Positions 1 through 8,722 of a DNA stretch of 64,000 nt are shown here, one piece after another. The stretch's first letter is position 1, and each line of letters starts with the position of its first letter. Position numbers and translations under genes: made by a program. The notes beneath the pieces were generated by a model, which was given only the letters and a program-made list of their open reading frames with translations, ran no database searches and was not told where the DNA came from. Source of the stretch: Actinomycetota bacterium (GTDB lineage Bacteria; Actinomycetota; Aquicultoria; SURF-47); the NCBI GenBank assembly GCA_003599235.1, contig QZJE01000013.1:540-64539 (forward strand), read 5' to 3'.

Positions 1-3000
1 TAAGAGTCCCTATAGCATTCGTTGGATGCATATCTGAATGGTCGGAGATTCCCCAATAAAAGCGATTTATATCATTGTTGTCTTGCTGCATTACCCAGTT
101 AGTGCCATAACGATGGTTGTTGTCGATAATATTCGCATAGGCAACTTGGCTATTGCCTGGATTGACCCACATTGAAATAGAGAATGTCTGATAGCCAAAC
201 CAATTTCCTAGTTCTATGCAATCATCGCTTCCATCAAAATTAGCCGACTTATTAAACTTAGCGTCCGTGGAGTTAGTTAGGCCGCCGACAATCGTTCCGT
301 TGTGGACTCCAGTTTCGTCTTTAACGGTATTACCGGTTTGGCTGTCTAGGGTCCAAAAGCCCTGCATGCCTTTAATATCGTATTCCTCGAATACCCTGTT
401 ACCATCGCTAGCACTAACAGCATTGGCATTACCATAATACATATAGATTGTTTTGGCTGATTTAGCTAGCAGTGACGGAACTTTCAACCAAACAGTGGCT
501 TTAGTCCCATCAGTTTTACTTTCTATCCAGTATGGAATCTCAGATATTTTATCTGTATCAGTAAAACGCAAGTCAGAGAAATCTGACTTCATTGCCTCTT
601 TATACTCAAGGACTACTTTAACTTGATAGTTATTTAGAGTTTTAGGATTAGTAGTATTGTCAATTCTTAAAGGTGCTCTTTTAGTCCAGCTGTCACTATA
701 CCAATCTCTAATAGTAGTTGGTTTGGATACCGATACTGTTGGTTCAACAGAGCTAAGCTTGCGTATAGTAATATGATCTGCAATTTTTTCCATCTGGTTT
801 TGGTAACGACTGGTGATTTGCTCTGCAGTTAGCGGCTGATTATAAATTTTAACCTCATCTAAACAACCTCTAAAATACTGATCTGTAGTTGAATTAACAC
901 CTAAGCGTCCGATTCTTACAGGACTTCCTTGCCCATGTAAACTACCTGTCTCTGAGCTTACATCAATGGGGCCGGCAATGAGCTTGCCATCAAGATAGCC
1001 ATAAGCTGTATTTTGCTCTCTGTTAACGACTAAAACAAAGTGATGCCAAGCCCCATCGCTTATTCCTTGACCTGGTGCTTGTATGTATTTGCCATCACCC
1101 ACTCCGTCGCTGACTTCTGCCCAGAAGCCGCCGTTTCTGTGTTGTAGGATAAACCCCTGAGCCCAGCCAGAGCCACCGGTAGCCATTATCGTTCCATGTT
1201 CATTGTCTACATCGCTTGCTTGCCTTTTAGACCAGGCCTCTACGGTGAAGCTGCCATATGATAAGTCCACATTTTGAGGACTTTGTGTTTCCAGATAATC
1301 ATCATAGCCGTCGAAATAAGCCGCCCGGCCAAACTTAGCGTCTGGCACAGTAGAGGCTGAGCCAAAAGAGTTGGCATTATTAATGCCTATTTGGTCAGCT
1401 ACCTCACCAGGAGTTCCATTCCACGAAGCTTCATCGAACTTATAAAAAGCACTAATATTTTGCATATCAAAGCCATCAAAAGTAGCCACACCATCGCTAG
1501 CACTCTTTGCTAGAGGATTGCAGTAGTACATATTTACGGTCTTAAGTAATGCGGCTTTTATCTCTGGAACCCTAACCCAAATGGTAGCCCTAGATGATTC
1601 AGTATAATTTTCTATCCAGTAGGCAAGCTTGGTTAAATTATCAGAATCAGTAAAACACAGGTCAGAGAAATCAGATTTCATGCCTGGTTGATAGTCAACT
1701 TCTAGCTTAACGGGATAGTCGTTTAGGGTATTTGAGTTCTCTGTATTATCAAGGGTAATTTCAGAGCGCTTTAGCCAATCTTCATTAAACCAATCGAGGT
1801 TAAGTGATACCTCGGGCTCGTTTTGTGCACTTTTGCAAACATTAAAGACATCGCCCATCTTTTGTGTTTGATTCTTAGAGACACTTGAAACCTCATCTGC
1901 ACTAAGCGCCCGGTTGTATATTTTGAGTTCATCCATGGCCCCCTTAAAATACCTGGCTGCACCACTGTCTAGCTCTCTGCCAATCATTAAATCAGTATTA
2001 TCAACAATCTGAGGAGTTGTTGGGGCACTAGCTTTTTCTATTCCATTTATATATGTTTTTGCAGTCTGTCCGTTATTGGTGAGAGTTATATGATTCCAAT
2101 TATCCCAGCTAATATTTCCTGCCGGTGTATTAATAAACTCGTTAACATTATTAGCTGTGTGGAAACAATGATGAATATAGCCTGTAAAGTTTAGCCAGGC
2201 ATTGAAGTTCCTTCCAGGCTTGCCAACTAATCCTTTAAAGTCCTCATTAGGCTGACCATAGGGCTTCAACCAGAAGTCAACAGAGTAATTACTGATACGC
2301 AAACTCTGTGAATCAGAAGCAGTGATGCTGTCATTGAGACCATCAAAATAAGCAGCGCGGCCGAACTTTGCATCCGAGGTTGTTGCTGTCCCAGAGCTGC
2401 TGGTTCCACTATTTTGCCCTGTTTGGTCAGCCACATTTCCAGAAGCTGCTCCTTCTATAAACTCGGTTGCCTTGGATCCTTGCTCTAGTTGAGCTGCATC
2501 GAAATCATAATTAACACCAGGTGTATGCATATATACCTGGGCTCTTAAAGCTCTGGTAAGGGAAGCAAAATTCCTAATCGGTAATGTTACGCTATAGCGT
2601 TGCCACTCTTTGGAGTTGGTTGAAAAATAATTTCCAGCAGCATAATTGCCACCTGTCATATCGAAAAGAGCTAGTGTGCCGCTAATATTTTGGCCACCAG
2701 GAGATTTAATATAAATCGAAAAAGTGTAGTTGTCGTTAGCGCTTGCTGATACGTTTACATCTTGAAACCATGAATCTCCATTGTTTGGCGTTATAATATT
2801 TGTTTCTAAATAATTATTGCCGTGCTGTGAGCTTGCTTGGTTTGAATAAACTGCATGATTCAAATTTCCATAATGGCCCCAATTGGTAAGACCACTCTCA
2901 AAACTAGCATTAGTTAGCAGATTTGACTTAAAAGCATCCTCGTCCATATTGTAGAAAGCTGCTAGACCGCCAACATTGTAAGCATCAAAAACCTTACTGC

Positions 3001-6000
3001 CGTCGCTGGCACTGCCGGCATTAGGATTACCATAGTACATATAGATTGTCTTATTAGAGTTAGCTTTTATCTCAGGTACCTTAATCCATACTATGGCCTC
3101 TTCTGAGCGCTTATAGCTTTCTATCCAATAGTTAAGCTCAGCTACCCCGTCTGAGTCAGTAAAACGCAAGTCCGAGAAGTTATTCTGCATTTTGCTGACA
3201 TAAGGTACTTTTACTTTAATTTGATAGTCGGTTAAGGTGCTTGAACTATCTTTATTGTCTACTTTTAAGCTAGCCCTATTGGGCCAAGCCTGGCCATACC
3301 ATTGCTTAGTGGTAGTAGGATTGCCAGAAATGACAGGAATTAAACCCAAGTCTGAACCAGAAAAACCGTTTCCATTGCTTTGACTATTTGCTTCGGGATT
3401 TCCGTAGTACATATATATGGTTTTTATCGAAGTGGCTTTAATTAACGCAACTTTTACCCATACAGTAGCTTGCTTGGAGTCTGTTTTATCTTCTATCCAA
3501 TAAGGTAGCTCAGTTTGTTTGTTGGAGTCAGTGAAACGCAAGTCGGAAAAGTCGGCCTTCATGCCGGTGTCGTAATCGATGCTTATCTTAACCTGGTAAT
3601 CAGTTAAGTCCTCGGGGTTATAAAGATTATTAATCATCAACGGAGCTCTTCTAAGCCAAGCTGAATCGTACCAGGTGTCTGGATTAGTGGGAGTGTTATT
3701 ATCGCCTTGTAGAACTAGCTGGCCGTTGGCGGGGTCGTGATAGGCGTTAGCGTTCTTGCTGTTCCATAGCACTGGGTTAAATACTGAGAAGTCGTCTGCA
3801 AATAGATCATAGAGGCCGCTAGACTCCTTAGCAACTGACTTAATGATATTGCCGTTCTTATCGTAGTAATAGCGGTAGGTTGATAGTTCATCTACCCCCT
3901 GAGCTCCGTTGTCCCTAGCATTGCTGATTGAAGTTAGCTTGGAAGCAGCATCGTAGTCATAGTTAGTAATTAAACTGCTTAATGCATTGAGGGGACTGGT
4001 TATTTGGTCGATATTATTGCTCTTGCCGCCTTTGTCGTAGGAGAAATCAGACAGAGTTTTGCCACTATTATTAGAAATATAATCAAGCTTACTACTTGAA
4101 TTATATTCGTACCTCGTTTCAACCGTTGAATCGTTAATATTCTTTATTTTGTCATCTGGATCATATTGGAAATTAATAACTTTGTTCGAAGCATCTTTAA
4201 CGCTACCAATCATGTCATCATTGTTATATCTATATTCATATGATGTTTGAGATTGACCACTTGCTGGATTCTTAGTTACAGTTTCTACTAAATTTCCCAT
4301 CCAGTCGTATGAATTTTCTACGTCAACACTAGACTGTATATTTCCTTCGGCGTTCAGCTTAGTTAGGTTGCCAGCACTATCATAGTTTAGGCTTTGATTT
4401 TTTTCATTTGGTTGAATAATGTTCTCAGTTAAACCCGAATTATTGTAGTTAGTTTCAACTGTTTTTACGTTTTGATCGGTTTCAGTAGTTACCTGATCTG
4501 AAGCGTTATAGGCGGCAGCTGTGGAGGTGTTGTCCGGAGCGATTACTTTAGTCTCGTTTTGATTATTATCATATTCATAGTTTGTTTTATTTAGACTTCC
4601 ATCTTTAACAGTAGACAAGTTGTCGTTTTGATTATAGTTATAGCTAACTACATTATTTTTACCGTCAGCCGTTGTTCTTTCGTTTCCCTCCTTATCATAA
4701 GTAGTTTTAGTAACATTGCCAGTTTGATCCCCCGTAGCTACTTCATTGCCGGCTTTATCGTACAGACTCACTGAAGTACCTTCAGGGCTTCCCTGCTTAG
4801 TAACGTTACCAAAGCTATCATAGGCATATGCGGTCCAGTTACCGTCAGAAGCAGTTTCTTTGATTAAGCGGTTTAGTTTATCGTATTCATAGGTAGTCTC
4901 ACCATTGCGAAAGTTGTTAATTTCTTTTGTTTTGTTTCCATTTTCATCATACTGATAAGAATACCTAGCCCCTTTTTTATTATTTTTCTCTAATAGCTGA
5001 CCTGCCACATTGTATGAGTAGGTATTATAGCCCTTGGTGGTCGAGCTTCCATCGGTATTGTTGTTAAAGGCCTGAACAAAAATAACATTACCTGCAGCAT
5101 CATAAGTATTTTCAGTAACTGAATAGTCTCCGTTATCATTTGCCGGCTCTTTTTTTCTAATAACTCTTCCAAGTTCATCATATTCGGTGAGACTAAAGTC
5201 CATCCCTGCTTTTTGTTCTTTAGTTTTTCTGCCAAGTGAATCGTACTCAAAGGCAGTACTTACGCCTACCGGGTCTATTGTTTCTATGATATTGCCAAGA
5301 GCATCGTAACGATTATTAGCAACTCCTCCTTCAGGAGTTGTTTGAGTTACTTGATTGCCATTGTCGTCATAGGCATAGCTAGTAGTATTGTTATCAGGGT
5401 CAGTCTCTGATAAAAGATTGCCTTTGTCGTCGTAAGTGTAGTTGGTAGTCTTACCTGTCGGCGTGGTTTCAGCCAATACCAAGTTCTGTTGATTATATGA
5501 GCGTTCAGTAACCCTATGTCTGGCACTATAGCGAGCTTGGTCAGCGAGATATATTTGCTCATCTTCATTTGCATCATGGTCATGATTGATTTCTTTTAGC
5601 ACATTACCATTTGCATCGTATTCATAACTAGTAAAAGTCTTATCCTTATTAATCTGTTTAACAAGATTGTAATCGTTATCATATTCAAAATAGCATTCGC
5701 TGCCATGCTTAAATGGCTGGCTAAGCTCGGCGGAGGGAATATTTTCTTTAGCAAAGGCCGGGCCCCAGATATCGTTCCATAGTTGCTTTTTCTCCCACTG
5801 GATTTCTTTCCTGGCTACCACTTCAGCCTCTAAGTCATCAGCATCTTCGTCAAAATCATCGTAGGATTCATCTAGCCAATCGAGGTCTTCTTCATCTAAT
5901 CCCAGCTCTTCTTCATAGAAATCTTTATAGACCGTATAGTAGACAAGATATTCATGAGCAATTTCTTGCTCAACTGAGGCTCCCGGAAAGAAAGGTTTTT

Positions 6001-8722
6001 GGGCTTCTGTAATTACTGTTGAGCCTTCAGGCTCTCCAGCTACTGTTTTTAGCCCTTCTGGGTTGAAATAATATAGATATTCATAGCCTTTTGGGTCAGC
6101 TACTTTGGTGTAGCTTACTTCTCTTTCGTTTGTAGTCCAGGGATTATCGTTAACATTCTCAGTAACATATTCAATATTAATACTGTTACCATTAGGAAGC
6201 TGGGTGGTAACTAGGCTGGTAACGGTCGAGACTCCCCCACTTAAATAGCTAACTTTCGTTTGGCCACCCAAGGGGTTAGTGATAGTTTTGAGACCGTCTA
6301 CATCATAGCTATAGCTGTATGCAACCTCTGTGCTATTTCTTGGTAAGGGGTAAGTAACTTTACTTAAGTTATCTCCGCTAAAAGTATCGTTATATTCATA
6401 TGAATAAGTGCGGCCGGTAAAGTCCACTACGCTTACAACTTTGTGCTCTAGGGCACTCTTGTAATTGAATTTAATAAACCGGCTAGGATTATTATCATCA
6501 ACAATTTTTTCAATATGCCCGTTATCATTATATGTAAAGCTGATTGAGTTACCGTTCTTATCTAGCTCTTTTGCTGCTCTGCCGAAGGAGTCGAACTCAA
6601 CAATGCTTAAGTCTTTGCGTTTTAGAACAAAAGTGTTATTTTCGTTTAATACCAGGTCGTCAGTAGTTCCTTTGGGCCTTTTAAAAGAACCGTTTGGTTC
6701 CTTAGTGTACTCAAAAATAGCTCCTGTTTCATCGGTTAAAATAGCAGTTGAGCTGCCATTGTAATCGACCCTTAGACAATCCGGATAAGAGCTTACACCC
6801 CGTCCAAAGATTCTGGTAGTTTTATCATGGCTATTGTAAGTTCTTGCGACCCTCATTGAGGGGCCTTGGGTTTTGATAGATACGTCACTAGCTTCCAGCA
6901 TCAGGTTGCCGTTTTTAAGATCTACATTTACTCCGCTGTATTCCTTGTAGGTGCGGTAGCTTTTACGTCCATAGTCATTGGCCTCGTATGTAATAACTAA
7001 CCTAGGAGCTTTAGAGCCATCTTCTGATTCTGATGAATGAAAGACCATCTTGCGGTAGGTGTAAACATCATCAAAATACACTTGGCCAGAAGGCAGAGCC
7101 GCAAAATGAAGCCCATTTATCATGCTGTTGCCAAGAGTTATTTGACTAGGTATGAAGCTTAGTTTCTGCCAGCTGCCACCAGGAGGCAATCCCCCAATAT
7201 TTACCTTGTTAGGAAAATAAATATCCTCTTCATGGCTGCCATAGGTGGCAATTGCTCCCCAATAACCGGTGTGCCACGCATCGCCATTTTGTAAACTTAT
7301 GCCCAAATGCTGAGGCGCTGATTGAACAAAACACCAAGCCTCTATTGGGCTGTCTGTTGGAATATAGTAATCATTGCTGGTATTTTTCCAGGAGTTGTAA
7401 ACACGTCCATTAACACTTGTTGATTTAGTGCCTGAATGCAGTGGGGATCCTACCCAAGACCAGCTAGGATTAGTTGGCAATGCATCGTCAATAAGATAAA
7501 CCTTACTGGTATTGTCTAACATAAAGCCGTAATTCTGTGTGGGGCTTGCCTGCCAACCTTTTACAATGTCAGTTACATTAAAAGCTTGGTTGTCAACAGT
7601 ATTATCTGAGGCATCTATTTTTGAATTAGCATCATATTTATTGCTTTTGCTATTCCAGGTTGCAGTTGAATCCCAATTCTCAGTCATTTTGTAAACCCTG
7701 CTTTTAGCTTGGCCTTTATAGTAGGGGGAGCCAGCATTGATATTTGTCTCTGAATTATTAGTGCCGTAATCAGGCATAATATTTTGCAACTTAGCTTCGG
7801 TAATATTGGCGTTACCGGGAATAGAGTTAAGAGGATATCTAATAAGTGTTTTATATTGCTCACTCTCTGACTTAGCTCCCACTCTTAAACGAGTGTCGCT
7901 TGCAAATGAAGAATCGGGTTGAGCAGATGAAACATAGGTATCGGCATCTGGGCGTTCTTGGGTAATAAAAGTTGGGTCAATTTTTACCGGATAAACTCGT
8001 TTAGGGTCTGCTAGCCATTTTCTATCGGCAACTACCCTTAATATGTAGGTAGAGCCGGCTCTTCTTCTCAATGCCATAGTCACGTTAGGAGAATAAGCTT
8101 CTGCTTGAGCTGAGTCTGTCATAAAAGGTTTTTCGATAACTATTGAAGTTTTCTTGTTCTTATCTGTCAAGTTAATAGAGCCGTCTTTTTGAGGAGATGG
8201 GATTAAGTTTCTTAAGTTAAGCTCGAAGGTAAAAACGTTGCTTCGCGGTTTCTTTTTTAGGATAATTTGCTCTTTTAGGCGCCCTTGCTCAGTTAAGTAC
8301 TCTAAATCAGTATCGGTTGTAATATTACTGTAAACTACCTTGTTTTTCGCTTTTTTGATTGGCTTAAAAGCGCGTTTTTTTTCACCTAAAAGCTTGTAAG
8401 TTAACCCAAGATTTTTATTGTCTTTTTTTGCTAGAGAAAACAAATTACTTTGATTATCGCTAAAGTCTACCGTCAGGTTGTTTTTATTTACTTCCTGGGT
8501 AATTTCAGTTGTATAAGTACCGTCTGGATTAAGATAGGTTTTGGAATTAGCTGTTCTTTTATCAGTAAGCTCTACCTTGGTTGGCTTTGGCTTAGCGTAA
8601 GTAATGTTCATTAAAGCGCCTTTAAGGCTTCCCAGGAATGAAAAGTTAACAGGAATAGTGCTAATTATTTGAAACAACAGGCAAAAACAGATGGTTAATG
8701 CTGTTAAGCGTCTAACCCTCAT
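1..8722 (-). CDS. Giant secreted surface protein, partial (start at 8722, C-terminus beyond window position 1); YD/RHS-type repeats, four DUF2341-like repeats, LamG/concanavalin-like regions
   Basis: Minus-strand frame checked at anchor points 8720, 4757, 3542, 3170, 1661 and 572, all in the same phase; the span was not scanned codon by codon, but the track lists no other long ORF across 8.7 kb. ATG at 8722..8720 overlaps the TGA of the upstream gene (ATGA). N-terminus MRVRRLTALTICFCLLFQIIS is signal-peptide-like. YD motifs (e.g. LYDKAGNE near 4757). Motif DFSDLRFTDS...YWIE...IYMYYGNP recurs four times (DNA near 575, 1665, 3170, 3545). Absent from the ORF track because no stop lies inside the window. 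Confidence 0.8.
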   Translation of the reverse strand, partial: MRVRRLTALTICFCLLFQIISTIPVNFSFLGSLKGALMNITYAKPKPTKVELTDKRTANSKTYLNPDGTYTTEITQEVNKNNLTVDFSDNQSNLFSLAKKDNKNLGLTYKLLGEKKRAFKPIKKAKNKVVYSNITTDTDLEYLTEQGRLKEQIILKKKPRSNVFTFELNLRNLIPSPQKDGSINLTDKNKKTSIVIEKPFMTDSAQAEAYSPNVTMALRRRAGSTYILRVVADRKWLADPKRVYPVKIDPTFITQERPDADTYVSSAQPDSSFASDTRLRVGAKSESEQYKTLIRYPLNSIPGNANITEAKLQNIMPDYGTNNSETNINAGSPYYKGQAKSRVYKMTENWDSTATWNSKSNKYDANSKIDASDNTVDNQAFNVTDIVKGWQASPTQNYGFMLDNTSKVYLIDDALPTNPSWSWVGSPLHSGTKSTSVNGRVYNSWKNTSNDYYIPTDSPIEAWCFVQSAPQHLGISLQNGDAWHTGYWGAIATYGSHEEDIYFPNKVNIGGLPPGGSWQKLSFIPSQITLGNSMINGLHFAALPSGQVYFDDVYTYRKMVFHSSESEDGSKAPRLVITYEANDYGRKSYRTYKEYSGVNVDLKNGNLMLEASDVSIKTQGPSMRVARTYNSHDKTTRIFGRGVSSYPDCLRVDYNGSSTAILTDETGAIFEYTKEPNGSFKRPKGTTDDLVLNENNTFVLKRKDLSIVEFDSFGRAAKELDKNGNSISFTYNDNGHIEKIVDDNNPSRFIKFNYKSALEHKVVSVVDFTGRTYSYEYNDTFSGDNLSKVTYPLPRNSTEVAYSYSYDVDGLKTITNPLGGQTKVSYLSGGVSTVTSLVTTQLPNGNSINIEYVTENVNDNPWTTNEREVSYTKVADPKGYEYLYYFNPEGLKTVAGEPEGSTVITEAQKPFFPGASVEQEIAHEYLVYYTVYKDFYEEELGLDEEDLDWLDESYDDFDEDADDLEAEVVARKEIQWEKKQLWNDIWGPAFAKENIPSAELSQPFKHGSECYFEYDNDYNLVKQINKDKTFTSYEYDANGNVLKEINHDHDANEDEQIYLADQARYSARHRVTERSYNQQNLVLAETTPTGKTTNYTYDDKGNLLSETDPDNNTTSYAYDDNGNQVTQTTPEGGVANNRYDALGNIIETIDPVGVSTAFEYDSLGRKTKEQKAGMDFSLTEYDELGRVIRKKEPANDNGDYSVTENTYDAAGNVIFVQAFNNNTDGSSTTKGYNTYSYNVAGQLLEKNNKKGARYSYQYDENGNKTKEINNFRNGETTYEYDKLNRLIKETASDGNWTAYAYDSFGNVTKQGSPEGTSVSLYDKAGNEVATGDQTGNVTKTTYDKEGNERTTADGKNNVVSYNYNQNDNLSTVKDGSLNKTNYEYDNNQNETKVIAPDNTSTAAAYNASDQVTTETDQNVKTVETNYNNSGLTENIIQPNEKNQSLNYDSAGNLTKLNAEGNIQSSVDVENSYDWMGNLVETVTKNPASGQSQTSYEYRYNNDDMIGSVKDASNKVINFQYDPDDKIKNINDSTVETRYEYNSSSKLDYISNNSGKTLSDFSYDKGGKSNNIDQITSPLNALSSLITNYDYDAASKLTSISNARDNGAQGVDELSTYRYYYDKNGNIIKSVAKESSGLYDLFADDFSVFNPVLWNSKNANAYHDPANGQLVLQGDNNTPTNPDTWYDSAWLRRAPLMINNLYNPEDLTDYQVKISIDYDTGMKADFSDLRFTDSNKQTELPYWIEDKTDSKQATVWVKVALIKATSIKTIYMYYGNPEANSQSNGNGFSGSDLGLIPVISGNPTTTKQWYGQAWPNRASLKVDNKDSSSTLTDYQIKVKVPYVSKMQNNFSDLRFTDSDGVAELNYWIESYKRSEEAIVWIKVPEIKANSNKTIYMYYGNPNAGSASDGSKVFDAYNVGGLAAFYNMDEDAFKSNLLTNASFESGLTNWGHYGNLNHAVYSNQASSQHGNNYLETNIITPNNGDSWFQDVNVSASANDNYTFSIYIKSPGGQNISGTLALFDMTGGNYAAGNYFSTNSKEWQRYSVTLPIRNFASLTRALRAQVYMHTPGVNYDFDAAQLEQGSKATEFIEGAASGNVADQTGQNSGTSSSGTATTSDAKFGRAAYFDGLNDSITASDSQSLRISNYSVDFWLKPYGQPNEDFKGLVGKPGRNFNAWLNFTGYIHHCFHTANNVNEFINTPAGNISWDNWNHITLTNNGQTAKTYINGIEKASAPTTPQIVDNTDLMIGRELDSGAARYFKGAMDELKIYNRALSADEVSSVSKNQTQKMGDVFNVCKSAQNEPEVSLNLDWFNEDWLKRSEITLDNTENSNTLNDYPVKLEVDYQPGMKSDFSDLCFTDSDNLTKLAYWIENYTESSRATIWVRVPEIKAALLKTVNMYYCNPLAKSASDGVATFDGFDMQNISAFYKFDEASWNGTPGEVADQIGINNANSFGSASTVPDAKFGRAAYFDGYDDYLETQSPQNVDLSYGSFTVEAWSKRQASDVDNEHGTIMATGGSGWAQGFILQHRNGGFWAEVSDGVGDGKYIQAPGQGISDGAWHHFVLVVNREQNTAYGYLDGKLIAGPIDVSSETGSLHGQGSPVRIGRLGVNSTTDQYFRGCLDEVKIYNQPLTAEQITSRYQNQMEKIADHITIRKLSSVEPTVSVSKPTTIRDWYSDSWTKRAPLRIDNTTNPKTLNNYQVKVVLEYKEAMKSDFSDLRFTDTDKISEIPYWIESKTDGTKATVWLKVPSLLAKSAKTIYMYYGNANAVSASDGNRVFEEYDIKGMQGFWTLDSQTGNTVKDETGVHNGTIVGGLTNSTDAKFNKSANFDGSDDCIELGNWFGYQTFSISMWVNPGNSQVAYANIIDNNHRYGTNWVMQQDNNDINRFYWGISDHSDMHPTNAIGTL

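Noticed and set aside
216-6764. Plus-strand and off-frame ORFs of 60-100 aa from the track inside 1..8700 (216..437 +, 1771..1965 -, 4990..5250 -, 5347..5583 -, 6465..6764 +)
   Set aside because: All lie antisense to, or out of frame with, the continuous giant minus-strand frame. Compositionally they look like frame artefacts with no RBS.
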